Source: a virus (Duplodnaviria; Caudoviricetes). From it: DNA of 64,000 nt. The position numbers and the translations under genes were made by a program. Of this stretch, positions 20,277-30,463 are shown piece by piece (position 1 is the first letter of the stretch; every line of letters starts with the position of its first letter). The DNA lies in the IMG/VR virus record IMGVR_UViG_3300035498_000371, positions 128,001-192,000 of that record, one strand, 5' to 3'. The notes beneath the pieces were generated by a model. The model made no database searches. It was not told where the DNA came from and worked only from the letters and a program-made list of their open reading frames with translations.

Positions 20277-21800
20277 ATGGCAACACCATCTAGTAGTAAT
20301 TATACTACAGAAACTACTAACGCCGATGGAGCATCAGTATCAATATCTGATGGAGATACTTATATTGATGACCAATTTCTTGTTAGTTATAGTGCTAGTG
20401 GAGACATGAGTGATTCAAGTTATACATCTCAATTAGAGAGTGGGCTAAGAGTAAAAGATCTTAGAGGTATACTAGGTATGCCTCCGCAATTTTTGCCAAC
20501 AGCAGATCCAAGAATTGATACAACCGATGGGGTTGGAAATTATGATAGTTTTGGAAGAGTATATTCAGAAAAAATTATAAAGAATATTCCATTATTATTA
20601 ATAACCCCAGGAGTTCCGGCATTCATGTCAGAATTTTCATCATCACAAAAGAATATTGTGGCTCAAGCATTCTTAGGAAATAAAACTGGAGATTTTGATA
20701 GTTTGATGGAAAGTGGTAGTGGTAAATATTATTCGTTAAAATATAATTATACTGATTATTTTGGATATGTGAATACCATGTGTAGAGCTGCGGCGTATTT
20801 TTTAGATATACAGAATGAGACTGTAGACGGCAGTAAATTAGGATCTAAGAATTGGTTATATAGTTCAGAAAGTGGAGATATATTTGGTCATAAAGGTTTG
20901 AAGAGATTTTTAGGACCATATGCTGGATGTATAGCAATGTACGCAGATTGCGGTACTGATACTAGTGATAGTTTCAGTAACTCAACCACTCAATCTTCTT
21001 TATCATCAAGTATTAACTCATTATCAGATCAAGCCAGAGAATTAAATTTCTTAGTTGGAGCTGCTGGTACTGAAGCTGGAATATCTGGATTAGATAAACT
21101 TGGAATGGAAGATCTTGAAAGTAATATTGAGAATATGACAAGTGCTATAGATGCAGTTGGATTGGGATCTGGAAATATTTTCAATAAGATTATAAGCCAA
21201 GCTACTACGATTTTAGCAGGTGGCAGGCTGGTATTTCCAGAGATATGGTCTGATTCTTCATTCGGTAGATCTTATTCATGCAGAATGAAACTTGTTGCTG
21301 TATCTGGAGATAAAATATCAGTATACCTTAATATACTCGTACCAATATATCATTTAATAGGGATGGTATTACCTAGACAATCTAGCGGGCAAGCTTATTA
21401 TTCTCCATTCTTAGTAAGATGCTATTATAAAGGTTTGTTTAACGTTGATATGGGTATTATAACAGACTTAAGTGTTACTAAGGGTGCTGAAGGAGAATGG
21501 ACTCTTGATGGCATTCCTACAGTGGCAGAAGTATCATTCTCTGTAAAAGACATGTATGACGGAATGTTTATGAGCAAAGATTTAGGTTTATCAAATGCTA
21601 TTCTTAGCAATGTAACAGAACTTGATTATATTGCTAATAGTTGCGGTATAAATATAAACGATCAAGAGGTTGCACGTACATTTAAGATATATGCTGGACT
21701 TACTGCTGGCTCTATTAAAGATAGAGTAACAAATGGTATCTTCGGTAATGTCGCTCAGTTCTTCAATCAAAAGATGGCTAATATATTCGGTGTCTTTTAA
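20277..21800 (+). CDS. Virion structural protein, T4 gp48/gp54-like baseplate tail-tube cap/initiator
   Basis: C-terminal FPEIWSDSSFGRSYSC...SPFLV...IITDLSVTKG...DGIPTVAEVSFSVKD fits a tube-initiator-like fold; follows the tape-measure gene. Confidence 0.55.
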   Translation: MATPSSSNYTTETTNADGASVSISDGDTYIDDQFLVSYSASGDMSDSSYTSQLESGLRVKDLRGILGMPPQFLPTADPRIDTTDGVGNYDSFGRVYSEKIIKNIPLLLITPGVPAFMSEFSSSQKNIVAQAFLGNKTGDFDSLMESGSGKYYSLKYNYTDYFGYVNTMCRAAAYFLDIQNETVDGSKLGSKNWLYSSESGDIFGHKGLKRFLGPYAGCIAMYADCGTDTSDSFSNSTTQSSLSSSINSLSDQARELNFLVGAAGTEAGISGLDKLGMEDLESNIENMTSAIDAVGLGSGNIFNKIISQATTILAGGRLVFPEIWSDSSFGRSYSCRMKLVAVSGDKISVYLNILVPIYHLIGMVLPRQSSGQAYYSPFLVRCYYKGLFNVDMGIITDLSVTKGAEGEWTLDGIPTVAEVSFSVKDMYDGMFMSKDLGLSNAILSNVTELDYIANSCGININDQEVARTFKIYAGLTAGSIKDRVTNGIFGNVAQFFNQKMANIFGVF

Positions 21801-21852
21801 TAGACCAATTTACATCATAGTAAATTAAGCAATATATAGGAGTGATGCGACT

Positions 21853-22590
21853 TTGAAAAATAGAAAAGAAAAAATGCTAGAGTACTCTGAAAAGTACTCT
21901 GGCATTCCTAAAGATTACAGAGAGCGATTAAATTATCTTTACGAAACGTTAAAGATTGATGATGCAAAATCGGATGAAATAATTGCAGCAAGACAAGCAT
22001 TTATAGATTCCACATATTATGAGACAATAAGAATAGTGTTGTACGAGATTCCTGAGTACACCCCTAGACCTAGAGCTAGATTAATACACAAATCGGGAAT
22101 ATTGAATGCCGTCAGTGGAGGCGATACGTTCATTCAGGTATATTCAATTACAGGAAGACAAAATAGAGAATACATGAAAATGTTTACCCAAGAGAATTTA
22201 CAATATCTTGAACAGCTATTATGTACTCCTTGCGATATTGAATATAAGACTTATTTCCCTACACCGGCTTATTATAATAAAACAGATATCTTCTTAGCAG
22301 AGATAGGAATCCATAGGCCATTAATAAAACCAGATTTCGATAATATCGAAAAGAGTTATGCTGACTCATTTACTGGAAACGTATGGATAGATGATATCGT
22401 TGTAGTAGATGCAACAATAAGGAAATATTACTCAATTCTTCCTAGAGTAGAAATAGATCTTAAATATGCCAACCAATTATCAAATTATCATCAATATAAA
22501 GCTATGATAAGAAGAAAAGATTTTACCGACGAAATGAAAGTAAATTATTTTGGAGGTAATAACGATGGGAATATTAAAAGAAATTTATAA
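21853..22590 (+). CDS. rusA: RusA-family Holliday junction resolvase
   Basis: PRPR motif; KPDFDNIEKSYADSFTGNVWIDD...KYYSILPRVEI with RusA catalytic D-x-D-N, K and DD residues; TTG start; promoter motif at 21811-21823. Confidence 0.85.
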   Translation: MKNRKEKMLEYSEKYSGIPKDYRERLNYLYETLKIDDAKSDEIIAARQAFIDSTYYETIRIVLYEIPEYTPRPRARLIHKSGILNAVSGGDTFIQVYSITGRQNREYMKMFTQENLQYLEQLLCTPCDIEYKTYFPTPAYYNKTDIFLAEIGIHRPLIKPDFDNIEKSYADSFTGNVWIDDIVVVDATIRKYYSILPRVEIDLKYANQLSNYHQYKAMIRRKDFTDEMKVNYFGGNNDGNIKRNL

Positions 22591-22849
22591 TTATAGACAG
22601 AGTGTAAACTCTAAAGTTCATGTAGATGAATTGGTAAATAGGATGTCTTCCTCTACCAATTTCAAAGTAATAAAAAATGATGATACCTCTCTGGGTATCA
22701 TTCATGAAGATTATACTAAAGATGAAATGATTAATAAATTAAATAAAGTTATTAGTCAAATTGTTGGTATTGATTCTTCATTAGATCCTTCAATGTTTTA
22801 CCATATCTATGAAGTTAATGGCTCCCACACTATAGTTAAATTATTTTAA
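22565..22849 (+). CDS. Hypothetical protein
   Basis: ATG at 22565 after GGAGG, overlapping the end of rusA. Confidence 0.65.
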   Translation: MGILKEIYNYRQSVNSKVHVDELVNRMSSSTNFKVIKNDDTSLGIIHEDYTKDEMINKLNKVISQIVGIDSSLDPSMFYHIYEVNGSHTIVKLF

Positions 22850-22865
22850 AAGACACGAAAGCCAC

Positions 22866-22889
22866 CCGACTGCTATAATGCAGTCGGGC
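22866..22889. terminator. Probable bidirectional terminator between convergent genes
   Basis: CCCGACTGC-TATAAT-GCAGTCGGG. Confidence 0.7.
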
Positions 22890-22939
22890 AACCTTCTTTA
22901 TATATAAAGGCAACTCGGACCCTCAATATAATGTTGTAT

Positions 22940-23935
22940 TTATTTCTGAAGAGCTGCAATATAATCGCTTATGAACTTTTCATCCATATTTACAATCTGA
23001 GTTGTATTTACCATCTCAAGCATTGTATACATAAGCTGCGATGTATTGACTATAGATTCCATATCAACCTTGGCTTCTTTTACATATCTTTTAGATAACT
23101 CAGGATCTTTAAATACAGACTTAGTCAATGCTTCCACAATACAATGGAATACAGATTTCTCTCTAGCAGCTTCAAGTTCTACGATTTCACGCTGAGCCAT
23201 AGAAGAGATTTCTTCAGCCTGAGATTCTGTAGTTGCTTTGTCAATCTGATCTTTAGCAGCATCGAGCACTTCCTGATATTCCATTCTTGATGCCAAGTTT
23301 GAATCAATGAATTCTGATACAGAATCGGCAACTCTATCCTTAATCATCTTAGCAGCATCATCGCAATCCAGATTTTCAAGCTCTTCATAGAATTCAGTTC
23401 CGATAGTATTATTAAGCTTAATAGGCTTTCCTACCAAGAAACCGAGCTCATCTGTCTCGTTCTCCTTATCTTCGCATTCTCCGCATTCAAGCATCTTATT
23501 ATAATACTTATCACAGATTCTGCTAATCTCTGAAAGCACATAATTCTTAGTGGCGAAATCACTAATAAGATTGCTAGCTCCATTCTCTTTAACGAATCTA
23601 ACGATAAGATTTCTTACAACCATATCATCTGATTTAGTTAATGGAGTTACTGAAGATTCTTTATACAGCTTACGAAGACACTCACTAAGCATAGCAGTCT
23701 TCACATTCTGCAAATATTCTGAATGCCTAGCATCATCTGCATATGCTTCACTAATGTAATTAGCGTAAGCTGCTCCAGCCTCATTCTGCTCTTTCTGTAT
23801 GGCTGTCTGTTCTCTCTGAATAGCATCCTGCTGACGGTCATACTCTTCTACACGCCCTTCATGAATTCCAGCATATATATCAGCAGCGCTATAGGAAAGC
23901 CCACCAGCTAAGGGTTTTGTTTCACTTGTATACAT
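22940..23935 (-). CDS. Putative virion structural protein
   Basis: Acidic helical ORF with SD and promoter AACA-TTTTAA-TAA (23962-23974, minus strand), in the structural cluster. Confidence 0.6.
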   Translation of the reverse strand: MYTSETKPLAGGLSYSAADIYAGIHEGRVEEYDRQQDAIQREQTAIQKEQNEAGAAYANYISEAYADDARHSEYLQNVKTAMLSECLRKLYKESSVTPLTKSDDMVVRNLIVRFVKENGASNLISDFATKNYVLSEISRICDKYYNKMLECGECEDKENETDELGFLVGKPIKLNNTIGTEFYEELENLDCDDAAKMIKDRVADSVSEFIDSNLASRMEYQEVLDAAKDQIDKATTESQAEEISSMAQREIVELEAAREKSVFHCIVEALTKSVFKDPELSKRYVKEAKVDMESIVNTSQLMYTMLEMVNTTQIVNMDEKFISDYIAALQK

Positions 23936-23975
23936 AATACAATACCTCCTTGATTGATAATTTATTAAAATGTTT

Positions 23976-26900
23976 TTAGTATACAGTTATTGTGATATCT
24001 GGAGTCATTGTTACATCATCTGTAGTTGCTACATTAATAAATTCAGGAACCAAATCAGCTTCAATACTTTCATCGAAATATAAATGCTGACACATTGGTC
24101 CATATTCATTAACCCCAAGATATTCAAAGTATTTAATTCTATCTCTATAGTTATTTGTAATAAGAGTGATGATATTAGGAACGTGTATCTCATTAATTTC
24201 ATTGATCGTTTCAATATATTCCTTAATATCTGGGATGATACCATCAACCACAGTCTTATCTCCTATAGCTGTAGGCTCGAGAGCAAACTTAAGACTTATA
24301 GCAACGTTATCGACATAACTTACACATCTTGACGTATCGTCGAGCCTAATATAGCCAACGTAAGGATACTTAATCTTACCCCATATACCGCTTTCTTTTG
24401 TTACGCTTACAATTGTTCCAAGAGCAAGAGTTCCTACAACTTCTTCTGATCCTAAATCGGCATAAACGTCCAGTTTCTTAGTAGTAACTTTAACGTTGTA
24501 CGTAAGCTCTGTAGGTAAGATATAATAGAATCTCTTAGATGGACCATAAGTATTAACAAATTTGAAGTCAATACCAAATGTATCTTCTAATACATCTAAG
24601 CACTCTTCTATATATTTACGACGTTCTTCAAGTACTTGAACAAAATCCTGCATTGAGGTTTCTGATGCTAAGAATCCATTCTTTATCATAGGTATTCTAT
24701 CAATAGAATACTTGTAATATAAACCCCCAGTATCATTCTGTTTATAAATAGGTTTGTATTCGCTATAGCCCATGCCATAAGAATCAGTCCTCTTAACCTC
24801 TTTATAGAGAAGATTACCATTTTCGTCAGAATCCTGGATGGGATTAATAACCACAGAGCTCGTCATCATGCTTGAATAATCATAATAGAAGTCTATTCCG
24901 TCATCTACAGATAAAACGTTGCATAAAGTATATCTAGAAAGATCAAGATAGCTGTATTGGTTTATAACCTTAAGAGCTTCTTCGTCATTAAGTAGTACTT
25001 CTTGAACAAATTTGGAGTCGGTATTATTCCTAATATACTTAAGAATTGCAGATTCGGTATTTAACTCATTCTGATTATAATCATATACATATTGCATATA
25101 TGAAGCATGTTTCTTCATTATCGTAATTATATTTATATGCTCTTCAGAATCTTCATAAGAGATATTATTGTTAAGAAATTCTGATACAATATCACTCTTT
25201 GTAGGGACAATAGCTTCAAGCTCAGACCTATTACCAATACCATCATCCCCATAGAGAATCACTTCAGCAGTTTCTTCAGTAATTTTCTCTCCATTCTCAT
25301 CCAAATCGCCAACAGATAAACCAAAGTCTGCTAAAATGTATAATTTAGCGTAAGTATTTTTATTCATATACCCATGAGATGATTCTATAGATTCAAGCTC
25401 TTGTAATGCCTCTGGTTTGGCATTATAAATTCCAGTAATATTGATTCTATTATTAAGATCCATATAATCATCTGTACCCATTTCAAACTGGAATGTGTAT
25501 AAATCGTCCTGTTGCTCATAATCAGTAAGGGTCCCTTCAAGATATCTATATGGATTCGTTTCTGTGTCATCAGCATACATAACCAAAATGGCTCTAATTT
25601 TAATATTGGTAAGAATTTTATCATTATTAGCATCATTGGTTACTGTAACTAAAGCTTTAGCATCATCGTTGGTATTTCTGATCATATCAAGCGTCATAAT
25701 ATACTTATAATCATAAGTCTTTTTATCACCATTATTATCAGTATAAATAAACTTACGAGTCCAGTTCATATTAGTTGTAATGAACTGAGTATCTGATGCT
25801 GTATTAATAGAATCAAATTTAAACGTTTTATCTTCATTCATTACTGTAAGAAGATAAGAGGAAATAAGATCATCGTCAATAGTAATCAAGAATGGGCAAA
25901 TGTATTCAAATACCCTCACAAGATTACCGTCTATATTGGTTGTCATAGGATATGGGTAATCATCCTCGTCCAATCCTTCAACATATTCTGGAGGGGTTAA
26001 CGTGGCATACGCTTTATCGGTATCTGTTCCATGATCATAATAGTAAAATACAGTTCCTGGAGATAGGACTAGGTTGTTATTTCCAGCAAAACCTTTAAAA
26101 TCGTTTTGCTCAACCATTAATGGTAATGTGTTTGTAGGATATACAGTATCATTCTTCTTGGTTATCATATAACCATAATACAATCTTTCAAATGGATTAT
26201 CTCTCTTTTTATAGAAATAAAGATAATTGGTGTCATCATTGATTGAATTAAAGAAATTATTTAAATCTGTAGTATTAATTACAGATCCTCTAGACTGAGC
26301 CTCACGAGGGATAATCTTTTTAAGATCATCTATAGACTTCTTATCTCTACCACCATTTGAAACACCATTAAGCAATGGATAAATAATGGCATACATACCG
26401 TTATAATTGCTATACGCATCACTAATAAGACTTATACGAAACTCCTCATTATAAGTAATATTACCGTTATAACCATCACTCAATACTACGTTGATAGTTA
26501 CAGTAGCGTTAAGCTTTGGCACGTAAGAATCTCTAGAGAATATTATTCTGATGGTATTCTCATCCAGATATTCATAATAACACCATTCGCCATCCTCTAC
26601 AGTATAATCCAATAAACCAGAATAAATTGGAGTGAGGTGTCTTGTTTCTCCATTAGATTCTGTCACATCTATATCAAAATATGATAATTGATCATCAAAC
26701 TCAAACGTAAATGTCTTATTTTCAATATCATTATCTGTTAATACATTACGCTCAATCTCGACTAAAGTAACCTGATGCAGCCTTGCAGAGAATGCCACAT
26801 AATCAATGCCGTCTCTATTAGTCTTAATCAACGTAGTAATGTATGGATTAGTAATATCGGATATTGGATTATCTTGCTTAATGGTGGTAGTACCATCTTC

Positions 26901-27407
26901 AAACAAATCATACATTGCGGTGTATACATAAGCGCCTTTAGTATTCCTTGTTCTATTTATGATTACATCATAGTCAAGATGAAATTCTATATCATCTATT
27001 CTTACTGGAACTCTATGATCAAGAATAAATTTAGCCCTTCCAGTAGTAACGTTAATTTCAGCAAAATTCTGTTCCATTTCTGATATTGGGAGATAAATCA
27101 TCATTGTCATAGTTGCTGGTTTAGCATTAATATCTGAAATTGCTAAATTCATTGCATGGGCTAAGATATTCTTATGAAACTTTGCTCTTGTTGGCAAAGT
27201 CTCATTGGTTGTTTCTGCTACAGATATAAGGGTATTTTGTAATGACTGAGATGCAATTTCTGTTATATATCCAAAGATACCTACCATAGCTGTAGTTTCA
27301 TCTAAGTCTGTTATTGTATCTTGTCTGATTTTATCTATAAACGCTGCGACATCATAAATATCAGTACTAAGAGTTACGCTATCTGTATTTAAATTAGTTG
27401 AAGCCAT
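23976..27407 (-). CDS. Baseplate wedge protein (T4 gp6/baseplate J-like) with an inserted SH3b domain
   Basis: ETLPTRAKFHKNILAHA...AKPA and SNGGRDKKSIDDLKKIIPREAQSRGSVINTTD match gp6-type motifs. SH3b-like VTTKKLDVYADLGSEEVVGTLALGTIVSVTKESGIWGKI...GYI near the C-terminus. Confidence 0.75.
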   Translation of the reverse strand: MASTNLNTDSVTLSTDIYDVAAFIDKIRQDTITDLDETTAMVGIFGYITEIASQSLQNTLISVAETTNETLPTRAKFHKNILAHAMNLAISDINAKPATMTMMIYLPISEMEQNFAEINVTTGRAKFILDHRVPVRIDDIEFHLDYDVIINRTRNTKGAYVYTAMYDLFEDGTTTIKQDNPISDITNPYITTLIKTNRDGIDYVAFSARLHQVTLVEIERNVLTDNDIENKTFTFEFDDQLSYFDIDVTESNGETRHLTPIYSGLLDYTVEDGEWCYYEYLDENTIRIIFSRDSYVPKLNATVTINVVLSDGYNGNITYNEEFRISLISDAYSNYNGMYAIIYPLLNGVSNGGRDKKSIDDLKKIIPREAQSRGSVINTTDLNNFFNSINDDTNYLYFYKKRDNPFERLYYGYMITKKNDTVYPTNTLPLMVEQNDFKGFAGNNNLVLSPGTVFYYYDHGTDTDKAYATLTPPEYVEGLDEDDYPYPMTTNIDGNLVRVFEYICPFLITIDDDLISSYLLTVMNEDKTFKFDSINTASDTQFITTNMNWTRKFIYTDNNGDKKTYDYKYIMTLDMIRNTNDDAKALVTVTNDANNDKILTNIKIRAILVMYADDTETNPYRYLEGTLTDYEQQDDLYTFQFEMGTDDYMDLNNRINITGIYNAKPEALQELESIESSHGYMNKNTYAKLYILADFGLSVGDLDENGEKITEETAEVILYGDDGIGNRSELEAIVPTKSDIVSEFLNNNISYEDSEEHINIITIMKKHASYMQYVYDYNQNELNTESAILKYIRNNTDSKFVQEVLLNDEEALKVINQYSYLDLSRYTLCNVLSVDDGIDFYYDYSSMMTSSVVINPIQDSDENGNLLYKEVKRTDSYGMGYSEYKPIYKQNDTGGLYYKYSIDRIPMIKNGFLASETSMQDFVQVLEERRKYIEECLDVLEDTFGIDFKFVNTYGPSKRFYYILPTELTYNVKVTTKKLDVYADLGSEEVVGTLALGTIVSVTKESGIWGKIKYPYVGYIRLDDTSRCVSYVDNVAISLKFALEPTAIGDKTVVDGIIPDIKEYIETINEINEIHVPNIITLITNNYRDRIKYFEYLGVNEYGPMCQHLYFDESIEADLVPEFINVATTDDVTMTPDITITVY

Positions 27408-27427
27408 TATCTTTTTCTCCTTTCATT

Positions 27428-28450
27428 TTATTTAATCCATCTAAGCCTATAATCATAATAATTTCTAGACCCTTCTGGAGATCTTCTTTTAGATCTTGCA
27501 TCCTGTGCTATCTTAACTATAGGAAGTTTTACCCATTCATTATTAACAGCATTGATCTTGGCATTCCACGTATCGGCGAGAGTATAATTACTGCCAGCAT
27601 AGGATTCTACCAATCTATTAAATTCTTTTATATCCAATGGATTATTATCTTCAACAAACTGAGCATGAAATGATAAAGAAAATTTACCAAAATCAGTTGG
27701 ATCACTAAAGTCACTTCTTGGAACTCCAGTAAAATAAACTCCTGTAAGCTTAGCGAAATATAAAATTGTTTCGCCGTCATCTCCAACCAAGAATTTATAT
27801 ACAGAGAACTGATCTGAAACTATATTAGATTCGATGTATTTCTTAAATGGTGAATGCTCTCCAGTTTTGGTTCTTCTTACGTATTCATCATAAGCCTTAA
27901 CCAAAGAATACACTTCAAGATATGCAGTATCATTAATGCTAAGAGTAAAATCATAGCCATTATCTGACTTATAACTATGACCCCTCAAAGTTAATTCTAC
28001 ACCCATAATATTAGATGTAGTATTTTGAGACTCCGCAGATATATCTGGAAGATCTAGCTTAGATGTTACTGCATTACTAAGCAATACCATAAATGGGCTT
28101 TTAATTGCTGAAGGGCAATAAGTTTGTTGTAGTTGCCATAAAGCATAAGTATGACGATTTCTACCGTCCACAAAATATGGTATTTGAGATAGGTTTGTTG
28201 TAAGCTCTGAATTGCTATTACTGAAGATATTAAGATCTGGTTTGGTAAAGAACAGATATTCTCTAATTACATTCTCTTTATCAAACGGATCTAAATATCC
28301 AAACCTATTAAATTTAGTATACCATTTTATAGCGTCTTTTGAAAAGAACTGATTGGCAGCAAGAACTTTACTTGAGTCTTCTATGGTAAAACTTTTATTG
28401 TCATATGAAAAAGTTCCGTTGCCATTTAATGGGTCCATCTGTTTAGACAT
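27428..28450 (-). CDS. Virion structural protein (tail-tube/baseplate-like)
   Basis: YLFFTKPDLN...LDLPD...FTLSINDT...LTGVYFTGVP...FSLSF, a beta-rich tube-fold-like pattern. Promoter AACA-TTATTG-TAA at 28472-28484 (minus strand). Confidence 0.55.
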   Translation of the reverse strand: MSKQMDPLNGNGTFSYDNKSFTIEDSSKVLAANQFFSKDAIKWYTKFNRFGYLDPFDKENVIREYLFFTKPDLNIFSNSNSELTTNLSQIPYFVDGRNRHTYALWQLQQTYCPSAIKSPFMVLLSNAVTSKLDLPDISAESQNTTSNIMGVELTLRGHSYKSDNGYDFTLSINDTAYLEVYSLVKAYDEYVRRTKTGEHSPFKKYIESNIVSDQFSVYKFLVGDDGETILYFAKLTGVYFTGVPRSDFSDPTDFGKFSLSFHAQFVEDNNPLDIKEFNRLVESYAGSNYTLADTWNAKINAVNNEWVKLPIVKIAQDARSKRRSPEGSRNYYDYRLRWIK

Positions 28451-28652
28451 AATTTACGCCTCCTCTCTAAATTACAATAATGTTTCAGCCATGGGGTTTT
28501 ACACAATCAATATAAAAGATTTTATAATAATATATTATAAAATCGAAAGGAGTTCTACAATTTAAAATAAGAAGGGGTTACGTTATCATGAAAAGAAATC
28601 ATCTACCTGCACATGCAAGTCGTAAGTTTTACAAAATCTTAATTAAGGAAGG

Positions 28653-28898
28653 ATGATTTCAAATAAAATGAGTGGTTACAGCAAGTATACAACATTAGGT
28701 GGACTAAATCCATATTACGTAAATGATCAGTGCGAGGAGACTGATAGAAATTCCAACTTATCATATATCTATGATGCGACTAGAGCGCATCAATTAGCGA
28801 CATATGAATCACGATTAGAATTTTTACAGCTTCATAGCAGTTCTACTGACGAATACGAAATGGCTAAAGCCGTGCTAGGTATACAAGAGCATAAATAG
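28653..28898 (+). CDS. Hypothetical protein
   Basis: ORF downstream of a TATATTAT motif (28531-28538); start uncertain. Confidence 0.5.
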   Translation: MISNKMSGYSKYTTLGGLNPYYVNDQCEETDRNSNLSYIYDATRAHQLATYESRLEFLQLHSSSTDEYEMAKAVLGIQEHK

Positions 28899-28999
28899 AA
28901 ATTTATCTTAAGAAACTAATAAATATAAGAGCGTAATCCCTTTTCTTATATTTTTTTACGTTAAAACATAAGATTAAATACCGAAAGGAGGTTAAATTC

Positions 29000-30445
29000 A
29001 TGATTAACGAGAGTCAAAGAATACATGAGACGATTGTTAGGGATGTCTATGATGTAATTAATAATGTAAAAGACTTTGATGAAGTTGAGTGGGTTCGTAA
29101 AAGAAATAACACTGGATCGATCGCTCGTAGAGCATCAAACTTAGTCTTAGTCTTCCCAGTGATTGCATCAAGTTCTCTGTCAATACAGACAGCTACAATA
29201 ATTTCGAAAGCAATCGAGAGGAAGTGTGTATCACTTCTTCAGATTCTTTTCAGTTCCATGCAGCTCTCTGATGCAGATAATCTATATGATTACCTGAAGC
29301 AGTTCCATACAAATCTTGATCTTAGATCAGGATTAACTCTTGATGACTTCATTAGCACAATAGATACTCTTGCTGATGAGGGAGCTATCACTATTACTGA
29401 TAGAGAGGCTTATGAGGCTGTTAAAGAAGATATGCATAATATCAACTTCTATCTTGATACGGAATATAATCCTAGAGCTATTAGCGATTATCGTGTTAAG
29501 AAAAATATCTATGGAGAATCTACAGTTGCTCTTAACGAAGAGACTTGGAAACCGAATGCTCATACAAGAACGACTGGTGTTGGGGCTACTGTTACGCCGC
29601 CATTATCAACTCAACCACCAACAGAGGTTCGCAATGTTGCAACTGCAGCAAATGTAAATCATGCAAGTATCAAAGAAAAGCTTATGGGTAAAGCTGCTAG
29701 CAGTGGTGCTGGTGGGGGAAGTGGTAGCAGAGGTAGTTCTAAAGTTAATCTTGCGAACAAGGATACGACTGATTACTTTAGATTCCAACTTACGCAGGCA
29801 GACATTGATAAGGCTAATGAGCTTATGCCTACAACGATGATCGTAAACTTCATTTCTTCTAAAGACGGACAGAAGATTCAGATGGCAGGAGTTATTGGAG
29901 TTAAAGCAAAACTCTATCCAGTTGATTCAATGGATATTGTAACAAGAGTATCTTCTAAGTATAAAGATTCTAACGGGTTATTTAATCTCGTTAGAGCATC
30001 TACTCGTGAGATTTCTTTTTTCAAAGATTTAGCATTTGCCATTGATAAGGCTAAAATCGATGCTATTAATATGGCTAGAGAGTCTAACAATGCTAAGATG
30101 TTTAAAGTCCTTGAGAGAAGAGCTGCAAAGAACAGATTTTCAACTCTGTTGAAGAAGAATGATGCTTCTCCAATCACTTCTCTTGTAATTTCTCAAGAGG
30201 AAGTAGAGTACTTAAAGAAGTATAATTCTATTGATATGGAGAAATCTTATGTAACAAGAAGTATTCTGGAGAGATATAATCTGATGGATATTGTTATCGC
30301 AGATGAATCTCTTGAGACTGCAAAATTCTTATTTGATGATGGTGATAGCGTATTCGAAACGTTACCGTTTGATGCTTTAGAGAAACAGGCTAAAGATTCA
30401 TCATATAAGAAAGTAATAAATCTTATGAGCAGGTTAAATCGTTAA
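29000..30445 (+). CDS. Putative virion structural protein
   Basis: Late-type promoter at 28965-28977, strong SD; first gene of the structural/head cluster. Confidence 0.65.
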   Translation: MINESQRIHETIVRDVYDVINNVKDFDEVEWVRKRNNTGSIARRASNLVLVFPVIASSSLSIQTATIISKAIERKCVSLLQILFSSMQLSDADNLYDYLKQFHTNLDLRSGLTLDDFISTIDTLADEGAITITDREAYEAVKEDMHNINFYLDTEYNPRAISDYRVKKNIYGESTVALNEETWKPNAHTRTTGVGATVTPPLSTQPPTEVRNVATAANVNHASIKEKLMGKAASSGAGGGSGSRGSSKVNLANKDTTDYFRFQLTQADIDKANELMPTTMIVNFISSKDGQKIQMAGVIGVKAKLYPVDSMDIVTRVSSKYKDSNGLFNLVRASTREISFFKDLAFAIDKAKIDAINMARESNNAKMFKVLERRAAKNRFSTLLKKNDASPITSLVISQEEVEYLKKYNSIDMEKSYVTRSILERYNLMDIVIADESLETAKFLFDDGDSVFETLPFDALEKQAKDSSYKKVINLMSRLNR

Positions 30446-30463
30446 GGAAGGAGGAATAAAACA

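Noticed and set aside
28588-28656. 22-codon ORF (MKRNHLPAHASRKFYKILIKEG) overlapping the start of 28653, possibly a frameshifted single gene
   Set aside because: It cannot be distinguished from a simple ATGA stop-start overlap or a chance ORF without homologues.
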